From positions 1,515 through 65,514 of the forward strand of contig CALDHX010000013.1 of assembly GCA_937901525.1 (NCBI GenBank): 64,000 bases of DNA, read 5' to 3'. Positions 47,648 through 56,589 of this stretch are shown here, piece by piece; position 1 is the first letter of the stretch; each line of letters begins with the position of its first letter. The translations under genes were made by a program, and so were the position numbers. The notes under the pieces were generated by a model. The model was given only the letters and a program-made list of their open reading frames with translations. It made no database searches and had not been told where the DNA came from. This DNA is from an uncultured Bacteroidales bacterium (GTDB lineage: Bacteria; Bacteroidota; Bacteroidia; Bacteroidales; P3).

Positions 47648-49057
47648 TTAGTAGCGATAATGTTCTGCTTTATAAGGACCGTCTACATTTACTCCTATGT
47701 AATCGGCTTGTTTTTGTGTTAGTTTTGTAAGTTTTACTCCTATGTTTTCCAAATGAAGTCTTGCTACTTCTTCGTCTAACTCTTTTGGAAGACGGTAAAC
47801 TCCTACTTCATATTTCTTTGTCCAAAGATCAATTTGTGCAAGTGTTTGATTTGTGAAAGAATTACTCATTACAAACGAAGGATGTCCTGTTGCACAACCA
47901 AGATTTACCAATCTACCTTCGGCTAATAAGTAAATGCAGTGTCCGTCCTCGAAAATAAACTTATCAACTTGTGGTTTGATGTTTACTTTCTTTATTCCTG
48001 GATAGTTTTCCAACTTTTCAACTTGAATTTCGTTGTCAAAGTGTCCTATATTACATACTATGGCTTCTGTTTTCATTCTTGCCATATCTTCAACTGTGAT
48101 TACATCGCAGTTTCCTGTTGTTGTAACATAGATATTTCCTTCTTTCAAAGCGTCTTGCAAAGTTGTAACTTCAAATCCCTCCATTGCAGCTTGTAAAGCA
48201 CAAATTGGGTCAATTTCTGTTACTAAAACTCTCGCTCCATATCCACGCATACTTCTTGCACATCCCTTTCCAACATCGCCATATCCACAAACAACAACTA
48301 CTTTTCCTGCTATCATAACGTCTGTTGCACGTTTGATTCCGTCTGCCAATGATTCTCTACAACCATATAAGTTATCAAATTTACTTTTTGTTACAGAGTC
48401 GTTTACATTTATTGCAGGAATTAACAATTCTCCTCTTTCCATCATTTGATATAAGCGATGAACTCCTGTTGTTGTTTCTTCGCTAACTCCTTTTAGGGTT
48501 TTAAGAATTTTATGCCATTTTTGAGAATCTTCTGCGTAAACAGCCTTTAAGGTTTTCAACACTATTGCTTCTTCTGTGTTAGAGGCTTCTTTGTCAAGTA
48601 AAGAAGGGTCGTTTTCTATTGCGTATCCCTTGTGTACTAATAAAGTTGCGTCTCCACCATCGTCTACAATCAAGTCTGGACCTTCTCCATTAGGGAAAGA
48701 AAGTGCTTGATTTGTACACCACCAATATTCTTCTAAACTTTCTCCCTTCCATGCAAAAACAGGAACTCCACGTTCTGCAACAGCAGCCGCAGCATGATCT
48801 TGTGTAGAGAAGATATTGCAAGAGCACCATCTTACATCAGCTCCTAATTCTGTTAATGTTTCAATAAGAACTGCTGTTTGAATTGTCATGTGCAAAGAAC
48901 CCATGATTCTTGCTCCTTTTAACGGTTTTTCTTTTCCGTATTTTGCTCTCAATGCCATTAAACCCGGCATTTCTTTTTCAGCAATTTCAATTTCTTTTCT
49001 ACCAAAGTCTGCCAAAGACATATCAGCAACTTTGTATTTCAATGTATAGTCTGTCAT
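47648..49057 (-). CDS. ahcY: Adenosylhomocysteinase
   Basis: [35 protein letters not shown]-terminus and NAD motif [12 protein letters not shown]. The 48-codon 5' extension in the track overlaps the alkaline phosphatase gene and is rejected. Confidence 0.95.
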   Translation of the reverse strand: MTDYTLKYKVADMSLADFGRKEIEIAEKEMPGLMALRAKYGKEKPLKGARIMGSLHMTIQTAVLIETLTELGADVRWCSCNIFSTQDHAAAAVAERGVPVFAWKGESLEEYWWCTNQALSFPNGEGPDLIVDDGGDATLLVHKGYAIENDPSLLDKEASNTEEAIVLKTLKAVYAEDSQKWHKILKTLKGVSEETTTGVHRLYQMMERGELLIPAINVNDSVTKSKFDNLYGCRESLADGIKRATDVMIAGKVVVVCGYGDVGKGCARSMRGYGARVLVTEIDPICALQAAMEGFEVTTLQDALKEGNIYVTTTGNCDVITVEDMARMKTEAIVCNIGHFDNEIQVEKLENYPGIKKVNIKPQVDKFIFEDGHCIYLLAEGRLVNLGCATGHPSFVMSNSFTNQTLAQIDLWTKKYEVGVYRLPKELDEEVARLHLENIGVKLTKLTQKQADYIGVNVDGPYKAEHYRY

Positions 49058-49071
49058 TTTTATATTATTTT

Positions 49072-50121
49072 TTATTTTTTTATCAATGAATAAATTTTCC
49101 AAAACACGTCTGTGTTTTGCATTACGCCTGTAAAATTTTCTGCTCCTACACCATAAGAAAATATTGGCACGGGAACTGCTGTGTGATGCCAAGAAGTCCA
49201 CTCGTCTTTCGTTAGATTGTTGTCGGCAGGCAAAGTAAGTCCTCCTGTTTCGTGGTCAGCAGTAACGACAATCAAAGTTTCGCCGTTCTTTTTTGCAAAT
49301 TCAAGAGCAATTTCCACACATTTATCAAAGTCTTTTACCTCATCAATCATCTCATTGTATTTATGTAAATGTGCTTCCATATCTATTTTACTTCCTTCAA
49401 GCATAAGGAAAAAGCCATTCTCATTTTTAGAAAGCGTATTCAGCGTTTTTTCTAAACTTTCTGGCAATACATCTCCTCTTTTCTTTGCATTATCTAAGTG
49501 TCCTTCGCCAAGAAGTGCATAAAATCTATCGGATTTAGTGTTTTTTATTTGTTCTAAATCGCTATATATTTCATATTTTTTCTTAGTAAGCGAGTCTATT
49601 AGGTTTAATTTATCTTTTCGCTTTGAGGCAACAAACCTATCTTTTCCTCCTCCTATAACAATATCAATGTTTTCTTTGATAAAGCTTAGTGCTATTTCAT
49701 CTTGCTGATTACGGTCTTTGACATTTGCTACAAAACTTGCAGGTGTGGCATGTGTAACATCACAAGAAGTAATTATTGCAGTACTTTTACCTTGATTTTT
49801 TGCTATTTTCAAAAGCGAAAGATGAGAATTTGAAAGAGAATCTAAGCCTATTGAACCATAAAGTGCTTTTTGTCCGATTGCAAGTGCTGTTCCTCCTGCT
49901 CCTGAATCGGTTACTTCTTTGTTTGCGCAATATGTGATTGACAATCCAACGTATGGCATTGTGTAGATTGTCAATTGTTTATCATTTGCAAGGTATGCAG
50001 CGTATGTTTGTGCTACTCCCATTCCGTCTCCTATGAGAAAAATTACATTTTTAGGTTTTGGTTGAGAGTAAAGATTAGCAAATAAAAATATTGCTAAAAA
50101 TGCTAAGATTATCTTTTTCAT
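49072..50121 (-). CDS. Alkaline phosphatase (PhoA family), secreted
   Basis: Signal peptide [20 protein letters not shown], active-site region [28 protein letters not shown]. Start at 50121 forms a TAATG overlap with the ddl stop. Confidence 0.85.
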   Translation of the reverse strand: MKKIILAFLAIFLFANLYSQPKPKNVIFLIGDGMGVAQTYAAYLANDKQLTIYTMPYVGLSITYCANKEVTDSGAGGTALAIGQKALYGSIGLDSLSNSHLSLLKIAKNQGKSTAIITSCDVTHATPASFVANVKDRNQQDEIALSFIKENIDIVIGGGKDRFVASKRKDKLNLIDSLTKKKYEIYSDLEQIKNTKSDRFYALLGEGHLDNAKKRGDVLPESLEKTLNTLSKNENGFFLMLEGSKIDMEAHLHKYNEMIDEVKDFDKCVEIALEFAKKNGETLIVVTADHETGGLTLPADNNLTKDEWTSWHHTAVPVPIFSYGVGAENFTGVMQNTDVFWKIYSLIKK

Positions 50122-51104
50122 TATAGACCTAATTGTTCTAAAAGAGTTTGATATAACCATTTTGTATCGCGTCCCATTGCACGAACTTGTTGAGGAACTA
50201 TGCTTTGAGCCGATTGTCCTGGTGTTGTATTGACTTCAAGGAAGAAAAGTTTGTCGTCTTTCTCACGATAAATGAAGTCTATTCTACAAACTCCTGAGCA
50301 ATTTAGCCTTTTATATAATTTTTTTGTTGTTTCTTGTACTCTAAGCATCAATTCATCGCTCACTTGTGCAGGAGTTATTTCGTTTGAAAGCCCATTGTAT
50401 TTTGCATCGTAATCAAAAAATTCTGTTTGTGATACGATTTCTGTCGCAGGAAACGCAATGATTTCTTTTTCTCCTACTTGCATCACTCCACAACTAAATT
50501 CCCTTCCTTCAATAAATTCTTCTATTAAAACTTTATGATGAACATCAAAGGCTTTTTCAATAGCTGGCAAAAGGTCTTCTTTGCAAGAAACTTTGCTCAT
50601 ACCGATTGAAGAGCCTCCTTCTGAGGGTTTTACAAATAAAGGAAAGTTAATTGTTGAAGAAATCTTATCTAAGTCTAATTCTTCATCTTTAAAAACACTT
50701 GTATTCTTTGCTACGTTTACTATATCAAAACTTCTAACAAGTGCATTGCAGACCTCTTTGTCAAATGTTATTGTAGAAACAAGTGCAGAGCAAGTTGTGT
50801 AAGGAATATTTAGCATATCGAAATATCCTTGCAACAATCCGTTTTCACCAGGCGTGCCATGAACAATTATTAACGCCCCTTCAAAGTTGATTTTTTCTCC
50901 ATTTAATGTGAGAGAAAAGTCATTTTTGTCTATTTCTATATGTTTGTCTTCTACACAATAGTACCACGATTGTTTTTCTATTACAATTGTGTAAACATTA
51001 TATTTGTTTGTATCTATATTTTGTGCTATTTGTCCTGCTGAACGAATAGATATTTCATATTCTCCTGAGTATCCACCTGCTACAAGTGCTATATTTTTTT
51101 TCAT
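50121..51104 (-). CDS. ddl: D-alanine--D-alanine ligase
   Basis: ALVAGGYSGEYEISIRSA N-terminus, ATP-grasp motifs, C-terminal EVNTTPG, 327 aa. Confidence 0.93.
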   Translation of the reverse strand: MKKNIALVAGGYSGEYEISIRSAGQIAQNIDTNKYNVYTIVIEKQSWYYCVEDKHIEIDKNDFSLTLNGEKINFEGALIIVHGTPGENGLLQGYFDMLNIPYTTCSALVSTITFDKEVCNALVRSFDIVNVAKNTSVFKDEELDLDKISSTINFPLFVKPSEGGSSIGMSKVSCKEDLLPAIEKAFDVHHKVLIEEFIEGREFSCGVMQVGEKEIIAFPATEIVSQTEFFDYDAKYNGLSNEITPAQVSDELMLRVQETTKKLYKRLNCSGVCRIDFIYREKDDKLFFLEVNTTPGQSAQSIVPQQVRAMGRDTKWLYQTLLEQLGL

Positions 51105-51127
51105 TTTATGATTTTATTACTTTAAAA

Positions 51128-51454
51128 CTAACTTTCCAATTGAGATTTCATATCTAATAGCATTGCTTTCATCTCATTTAAGGTTGCTATTAATTCAAAT
51201 TTAGGATCTAAGTATTGTTGCTTATTTGATTGCAAGAGTTTCTTAACCCCATCTAATGAATAACCACAATCTCTTGTAAAGTAAAGAATTTTTTTCAAAA
51301 ACTCAATATCTTTATCTGCGTATCTTCTTACACCAGCATTTGTTCGATGTGGTTTTAAGTTGCTAAATTCTTTCTCCCAATAACGCAATGTTGAAGCAGG
51401 AAGCTCTAACATTTCGGCAACTTCGTTAATTGTATAGAATAATTTACCTTTCAT
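51128..51454 (-). CDS. MerR-family transcriptional regulator
   Basis: N-terminal HTH YTINEVAEMLELPASTLRYWEKEF, 108 aa. Confidence 0.85.
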   Translation of the reverse strand: MKGKLFYTINEVAEMLELPASTLRYWEKEFSNLKPHRTNAGVRRYADKDIEFLKKILYFTRDCGYSLDGVKKLLQSNKQQYLDPKFELIATLNEMKAMLLDMKSQLES

Positions 51455-51458
51455 TTTA

Positions 51459-51466
51459 CAAAATTA
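51459..51466 (-). promoter_or_regulatory. -7 box TAATTTTG (minus strand) for the MerR-ddl transcription unit
   Basis: caaaatta on the plus strand, only 4 nt upstream of the ATG, implying a leaderless transcript. Confidence 0.45.
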
Positions 51467-51506
51467 GTGATTATTTTTCACTTAACGCTGAATGAGATTT
51501 TTTTTT

Positions 51507-51590
51507 CAAAGAAAAAATGAAATTTTTCTTTGAAAAAATAAAAAAAAGCAAAGAAAAAATTTCAAAAATCAAAGAAAAAAAATTGAAGAA
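51507..51590. repeat. 21-nt-phased CAAAGAAAAA units (51507, 51549, 51570), with an inverted copy at the intervening slot (51528-51532)
   Basis: Spacings are 42 and 21 nt. tttcaaagaaaaa / tttttctttgaaa form a 13-bp inverted repeat. A/T tracts occur about every 10-11 nt. Confidence 0.8.
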
Positions 51591-51593
51591 AAC

Positions 51594-51624
51594 AAAAAAA
51601 AGAGACAATCACTTGTCTCTTTTT
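51594..51624 (-). terminator. Rho-independent terminator of the T9SS-cargo operon
   Basis: agagacaa-tcac-ttgtctct stem-loop, followed on the minus strand by T8, 20 nt downstream of the stop at 51645. Confidence 0.75.
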
Positions 51625-51644
51625 ATAATAATAATCACAAAATA

Positions 51645-52370
51645 TTAGTGTCTTACAACTAATTTCTTTGTTGAAATTGTTGTATCGTCTGCTATGATTG
51701 AGTAGAAATAAACTCCGTTAGGCAATTCTGCTGTGTTTATATTAGCTACTGATTTTACTCCTACTTTTGCAGGTATTGTTTTAACTGTTTTTCCAACCAT
51801 GTTACGAACTGCAATTTCTGCATTAGAGTAATTTGCAGGTATTGAATAAGAAACTTTTACGTTGTTTACAGCTGGATTTGGATAAGCACTCAATGAAAGT
51901 GAGGTTGCTTTTGTTTCTTCTAATCCTACTTCATCATAATATTTTACATAAAAGCTTTCTAATGTTTCATATTCACCTTCGGTTGCTGCGGCTTTCATTA
52001 TGTTTACTTTTATAATAACTGTGTTTGTGTTTGCTGGGTAATAAGCTATGTCAAACTCAGTATATTCTTCATTTGGATTAAGTGTAACAGGTCCTGCAAA
52101 GGTTCCTTCTGTGCAATTGCCAAAACACATTAAGAATTCTGTGTTTTCTTCTCCAAATGTTTTTTCATAACTAATGTAAGTATCAATCGGACTTTCTGTA
52201 AGATTAGTTAAGAAAAAGAATGCCTTTGATTCTTCTCCTTGAACCACTTCTATTCTCAAAGTATCATTAGAAACATATTCTTCTCCTTGATATGTCATTC
52301 TGAAACTTTGTTGTGCACTTACTCCAAGCACAATAAATAACATCGCAATAAATAAATACGTCTTTTTCAT
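51645..52370 (-). CDS. Secreted protein with T9SS C-terminal sorting domain
   Basis: Signal peptide and C-terminus LSAYPNPAVNNVKVSY...GVYFYSIIADDTTISTKKLVVRH. Confidence 0.75.
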   Translation of the reverse strand: MKKTYLFIAMLFIVLGVSAQQSFRMTYQGEEYVSNDTLRIEVVQGEESKAFFFLTNLTESPIDTYISYEKTFGEENTEFLMCFGNCTEGTFAGPVTLNPNEEYTEFDIAYYPANTNTVIIKVNIMKAAATEGEYETLESFYVKYYDEVGLEETKATSLSLSAYPNPAVNNVKVSYSIPANYSNAEIAVRNMVGKTVKTIPAKVGVKSVANINTAELPNGVYFYSIIADDTTISTKKLVVRH

Positions 52371-52401
52371 ATTGATCTTAATTTTTTATTTGTTTAACAA
52401 T

Positions 52402-53220
52402 TTATAATTCTATTTCGTTTACTTGCAATACTTCTCCTGTTGCATTGTCTGTTATCATCACAACAACTGCACAATTCTCTTTCACCCATTTGTCAGAGCC
52501 TGTAATCAAATAATTTTTCTCTATTACATCTCCTTGTTTGAAAGAATTAGCAAGCGGCATGTCCTTTAACGGATTTTCTCTCAATACATGCTTGAAAGTA
52601 TATTGTTGAAGAACACTTGCAACGTTTTGAATACCTTCTATTCCGCTTTCAGTAACATATAAAGTCAAAGAAAGTTCAGAATCAACAGTTTTTAAAACAT
52701 CTATTTTTGTACTTACTAATATGTTTTTACCTTCAAGAATTTCTGCTCCTAATGAAATATTGAAATTATGTGAGGTTGATGCCATTTTTTCTGCTATTTT
52801 CGCAGCCCATTCTTCCACATTTTTATTATAAGGAGCTTGTCTATTTATCAATATTGCAGGTTGGTCTTGGACTTTAAAAGTTTGCTTCAATTCATCTCCG
52901 TAAGGTGTGCGAAAATCCAAGTTATTATTTTCATGAGTTGGACTTGCCAAACGACCTGTGTGCACTGCACTAACCACAAGTCTCTCTCCGTATTTTCCCA
53001 TCTCTGCTTCCAATGCTTCTGTTCCTTTTGGACAATTTGGACAATTCCAAGCAGTAAAGTCTTCTACTAAAATAGCTTGCTTAGATTGTTGTTTTGTAAT
53101 AGGAGTTGTTAAATCTGTTTCCCCTATGATTGGTATCAATCTTTCATTTTCATCATAATTTTCACAAGATGCAAAAATCAATGAGCTTATTACTAATATT
53201 GTATTTAATATCTTTCTCAT
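52402..53220 (-). CDS. Omp28-related thioredoxin-like (CxxC) lipoprotein
   Basis: Lipobox LIFASC and VEDFTAWNCPNCPKGTEA, matching the motif context of CDS 2061..3812. Confidence 0.7.
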   Translation of the reverse strand: MRKILNTILVISSLIFASCENYDENERLIPIIGETDLTTPITKQQSKQAILVEDFTAWNCPNCPKGTEALEAEMGKYGERLVVSAVHTGRLASPTHENNNLDFRTPYGDELKQTFKVQDQPAILINRQAPYNKNVEEWAAKIAEKMASTSHNFNISLGAEILEGKNILVSTKIDVLKTVDSELSLTLYVTESGIEGIQNVASVLQQYTFKHVLRENPLKDMPLANSFKQGDVIEKNYLITGSDKWVKENCAVVVMITDNATGEVLQVNEIEL

Positions 53221-53232
53221 CTCTAATTATTA

Positions 53233-54921
53233 TTAAAAGCTACTTGTTATTGTCATAAACAAACCGTTTGAAGCTGGCACTTCTCTACACACACCTCCTA
53301 TACAAATTATACCGCTTCTTTGTTTTCCATAGCTCAACGACACTCTTGTTGTTTTGTATGTTGAACCTAATGCTACGCTGTAATAATGTGTTTTGTCTCC
53401 TACTTCATTTCCATAGTTCCATTGGTCAGATAGTGCAAAAAACCATTTGCCTGCAAAATTATATTCAGCAGTTGCTTGTAGCCAATCGCCAGTTGCCCAT
53501 TCTCCATAGTTTTGTTCGGTTAATAACCATTGAACTTCTCCTCTTACTGAATGTTTTTTAGAGATTTTATATGTAGCATCGGCAACAAATATGTTAGCAT
53601 AAACATTTTCTGCCTCAGGGTGACCAAACGCAATTGGGTTAAAAATTTGGTTAGAGTACATTAAATTTAATTTTAAGTCTCTATTGATTTTTTTTCCTAT
53701 TTCAAAGTTGATTTCTTGGAAATATAAATCGTCTCCAACTTTAAAGAAATTTGAAGTATATCCTTCTGTACCCATTTGATTCAAAGCATAACCTACTATT
53801 GGTTGTTGATCTATTGAATGAACTCTTGAATAGTTTAATTTTAATTCTGTTCCATATTTACCACCCAAAAGAGTATTCTTTTTTATCTTATACATAATAT
53901 CGGCTTGTATTCCCATTTCGCCATTAACTTGTGTTGCGTAAGGATACATCGCCATAAGAGAATAAGCATGTTGACGAGTAATCGCAGGAAGGTAATTAAC
54001 ATTTAACATATTTCCTGTTTCGCTTCTCTTAGATTTGAAACTCATGTTGTCAATTCTTTTTGCTTCAAGAGAAATTCCTAATCCTTTTACAGAATATGAA
54101 GCTTTCAAAAGCAAAGCGTTTCCTGGTTTGTAAATATATCCATTCACAGCATTTGGATCTTGTCCTTTGTAAGCATATTCTCCTGAAAGAAAGAAGGCTT
54201 TGTGAGAAAAATCAAAACGAACTGCCATTGCACCAACATTTTCTGGTATAATCATCTTATACATATTACCATCTAATGTTATGATTTTTGGATTTGCTTG
54301 TTCATAAACTGAAACAAAACTTCCTCCAAGTGTAAGGCGAGTTGCAGAGGCATTAAGTTTTGTAATTAAATCATTCAAAGAAATCTCAGCATCAAGTCCT
54401 CTAATGAGTCCGTTATTGTTTTTCCAAATGTCTTCCCAATAATATCTTTGTTTTCCTATGACTCCTTTGATTGAAACTCCACTTACAGGTTTTGCAACTA
54501 TTCTTAATCCGTCCATTGCATTGTCCAGTCCTAAGTTTCTTTCTTCGTATGAACGGAAAATTAAGCCATTTCCAAATTGTTCATAGTAATTACCAACTGT
54601 TACTTCTAAATAATCTTTTTTATAAGAGGCGTAACGATATGGAATGCCGACTCCTTTGTATTGAGCATCAAATCCAAGAATCGGATTAAGGTATGATTCA
54701 AATCTTAAACCAGCAGAGAAATCTCCACTTGTGTAATTGATATTTGCAAATGCGTTACTCAAAAGTTTTTCATTCACTTTTTCTGCCCCAATTATACTAT
54801 CTTCTTTTGAGGCTTGAATATCCATTTGAAAATTCCCTGTTACTTTTCCTCCTAATATGCTTTGAGCGTAAGAGGTTAAAGAAAACAAAGAAAGAAATAA
54901 AATTACTAATATTTTTTTCAT
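53233..54921 (-). CDS. Large outer-membrane beta-barrel protein (DUF6029-like; family name from memory)
   Basis: Signal peptide, 562 aa of alternating beta-strand pattern, C-terminal aromatic residue ...MTITSSF. Confidence 0.6.
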   Translation of the reverse strand: MKKILVILFLSLFSLTSYAQSILGGKVTGNFQMDIQASKEDSIIGAEKVNEKLLSNAFANINYTSGDFSAGLRFESYLNPILGFDAQYKGVGIPYRYASYKKDYLEVTVGNYYEQFGNGLIFRSYEERNLGLDNAMDGLRIVAKPVSGVSIKGVIGKQRYYWEDIWKNNNGLIRGLDAEISLNDLITKLNASATRLTLGGSFVSVYEQANPKIITLDGNMYKMIIPENVGAMAVRFDFSHKAFFLSGEYAYKGQDPNAVNGYIYKPGNALLLKASYSVKGLGISLEAKRIDNMSFKSKRSETGNMLNVNYLPAITRQHAYSLMAMYPYATQVNGEMGIQADIMYKIKKNTLLGGKYGTELKLNYSRVHSIDQQPIVGYALNQMGTEGYTSNFFKVGDDLYFQEINFEIGKKINRDLKLNLMYSNQIFNPIAFGHPEAENVYANIFVADATYKISKKHSVRGEVQWLLTEQNYGEWATGDWLQATAEYNFAGKWFFALSDQWNYGNEVGDKTHYYSVALGSTYKTTRVSLSYGKQRSGIICIGGVCREVPASNGLFMTITSSF

Positions 54922-54928
54922 TTAATTA

Positions 54929-55426
54929 TTATTTTTCTTCTGCGATAACTTTACGTATTGCTTCAATCAATCCTTCTTCATCACCAGGTGCGTAACCTAC
55001 ATGTTGCCAAACAATTTCTCCTTTTCCATTTACAACAAATGTATGTGGCGGATTATTTACACCCATCGCTCTTTTAAATTCACTATTCACATCAAGCAAA
55101 ATTTCATACTCCCATTCTGATGTATTTACCAAAGGTTGAACTTTTGATTGTGTACGACTATCATCTATTGATACAGCAAAAATTTTCATTCCTGTTTCTT
55201 CTTGCCATTCTTCGTAAAGTTCTGCAAAAGTACTTAACTCCATTAAGCAAGGTTTACACCAAGTTGCCCAAAAACATATTGCAAATGGTTTTCCTTCGTT
55301 GTTAATTTCTTTTGTGTTTATTGATTTCCCATCAAGAGTTTTTAAATCTACACTTGGAAGTGTTTGTTGTGCATATATCATCAATGAACATATTGAAGCT
55401 ATTGCAAATAAAATCATCTTTTTCAT
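54929..55426 (-). CDS. TlpA/ResA-family periplasmic thiol-disulfide oxidoreductase
   Basis: Signal peptide and redoxin motif FWATWCKPC, 165 aa. Confidence 0.88.
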   Translation of the reverse strand: MKKMILFAIASICSLMIYAQQTLPSVDLKTLDGKSINTKEINNEGKPFAICFWATWCKPCLMELSTFAELYEEWQEETGMKIFAVSIDDSRTQSKVQPLVNTSEWEYEILLDVNSEFKRAMGVNNPPHTFVVNGKGEIVWQHVGYAPGDEEGLIEAIRKVIAEEK

Positions 55427-55440
55427 ACGTGTGCGTGTGT

Positions 55441-56412
55441 TTAATTATTTCTTTTTACTAATATTTCTACTAATTGTTCTAATATTTCTCTGTATTGACT
55501 TTCTGGCAAATTAGATAAAACTTCTTTTGCTTTATTGCTATAATATTTTACCTGCTCCTCTGTCTTTTCAATGCTGCCTGACTTTGATATATCTAAGACT
55601 AATTTTAATACATCTTCATCAGACTTGTCTTTTTGTTTGACAAAATTTATTACATTTAGTTTAACCTCTTCGTTTAGTGTATCTATATAATCTAAGATTG
55701 GTAAGGTGAATTTGCATTCCTTTATATCATTTCCATATTTCTTTCCACTGACTTGACTTATCTCAAAATCTAAAATATCATCTTTGATTTGAAATGCTCT
55801 TCCTAATAATCTGCCAAATTCTTCTGCGTATTTAGTATAGTCTTTATCTGTTGTAGCAGTTTTTGCTCCAATATAAGCCGATGCTCCTAATAAAGAAGAT
55901 GTTTTATAGTCTATTACGCTAAAATATGCCTCACGAGAAATATCTCCTTTCTCTAAAACGTCTTTTTGCAACAATTCTCCCATTGGCAATTCTCTTGCTA
56001 TTTTGGAATAAATTGGCAAAAGCTCAAAATCTTCCTTTGTATGAATTAATTGTAAAGACTTACCAAAAAGATAATCTCCATACAATATTGCAGCATTATT
56101 TCCCCAACGTGAATTGATTGTAGGTTGATTTCTTCTTAAATCACTATTATCTAACACATCATCGTGAGCTAATGATGCGGTATGCAGTAATTCTACAATT
56201 ATTGCAGAACGATAAGTAGAATCGCTAAGACCTCCACAGGCCTTTGCTACTAATAACGTAAGAAGTGGGCGTATTTTTTTACTTTTTTGAGAAAGAGAAT
56301 AGGATAATATATCAGAAAGCATTCCTACATCGCTTGTTTTGCATTCCTGATACATCACTTCAAAAGTGTTTAGCTCGTTTTCTATCGTTTTTGCTATGTC
56401 TTTTATATCCAT
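55441..56412 (-). CDS. ispB: Long-chain polyprenyl diphosphate synthase
   Basis: First DDxxD motif LAHDDVLDNSDLRRN and second FQIKDDILDF, 323 aa. Confidence 0.9.
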   Translation of the reverse strand: MDIKDIAKTIENELNTFEVMYQECKTSDVGMLSDILSYSLSQKSKKIRPLLTLLVAKACGGLSDSTYRSAIIVELLHTASLAHDDVLDNSDLRRNQPTINSRWGNNAAILYGDYLFGKSLQLIHTKEDFELLPIYSKIARELPMGELLQKDVLEKGDISREAYFSVIDYKTSSLLGASAYIGAKTATTDKDYTKYAEEFGRLLGRAFQIKDDILDFEISQVSGKKYGNDIKECKFTLPILDYIDTLNEEVKLNVINFVKQKDKSDEDVLKLVLDISKSGSIEKTEEQVKYYSNKAKEVLSNLPESQYREILEQLVEILVKRNN

Positions 56413-56441
56413 TCCCTTGAAAAACTAAACGTTTTAACGTG

Positions 56442-56449
56442 CAAATATA
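56442..56449 (-). promoter_or_regulatory. -7 box TATATTTG (minus strand) for ispB
   Basis: caaatata on the plus strand, 30 nt upstream of the ATG at 56412. Confidence 0.5.
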
Positions 56450-56474
56450 CAAAAAATATAGAAAACCAATAATT

Positions 56475-56558
56475 TTTCTTCGTTTTAGGAAATTATTTCT
56501 TTGTTTTGAAAAAATATTTCTTTGAATTATTTTATTTTTTCTTTGAATTATTTTTAAT
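56475..56558 (+). repeat. Four exactly 21-nt-phased TTTCTT(T/C)G units
   Basis: Units are tttcttcgttttaggaaatta / tttctttgttttgaaaaaata / tttctttgaattattttattt / tttctttgaattatttttaat, with the c of the core at 56478, 56499, 56520 and 56541. Confidence 0.9.
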
Positions 56559-56562
56559 TTTG
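56555..56562 (+). promoter_or_regulatory. -7 box TAATTTTG for the ubiA-like/rSAM/comEC operon
   Basis: Exact TAnnTTTG 28 nt upstream of ATG 56590. It lies inside the TTG-initiated 5' extension of track ORF 56506. Confidence 0.55.
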
Positions 56563-56589
56563 TGCCTTATTATAATTGAAATTACAACA

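Noticed and set aside
49058-49201. The 48-codon N-terminal extension of ahcY (track start 49201).
   Set aside because: It overlaps the 3' end of the alkaline phosphatase gene in another frame and its sequence is unlike AhcY. The canonical N-terminus [19 protein letters not shown] begins at 49057.
56475-56558. The 21-nt direct-repeat arrays might be a CRISPR-like array or plasmid-type iterons at an origin.
   Set aside because: The units are contiguous with no spacers and are far shorter than CRISPR repeats, and there are no cas genes. The arrays occur at six or more loci, two of them inside CDSs. None lies next to a recognisable initiator gene such as dnaA or rep.
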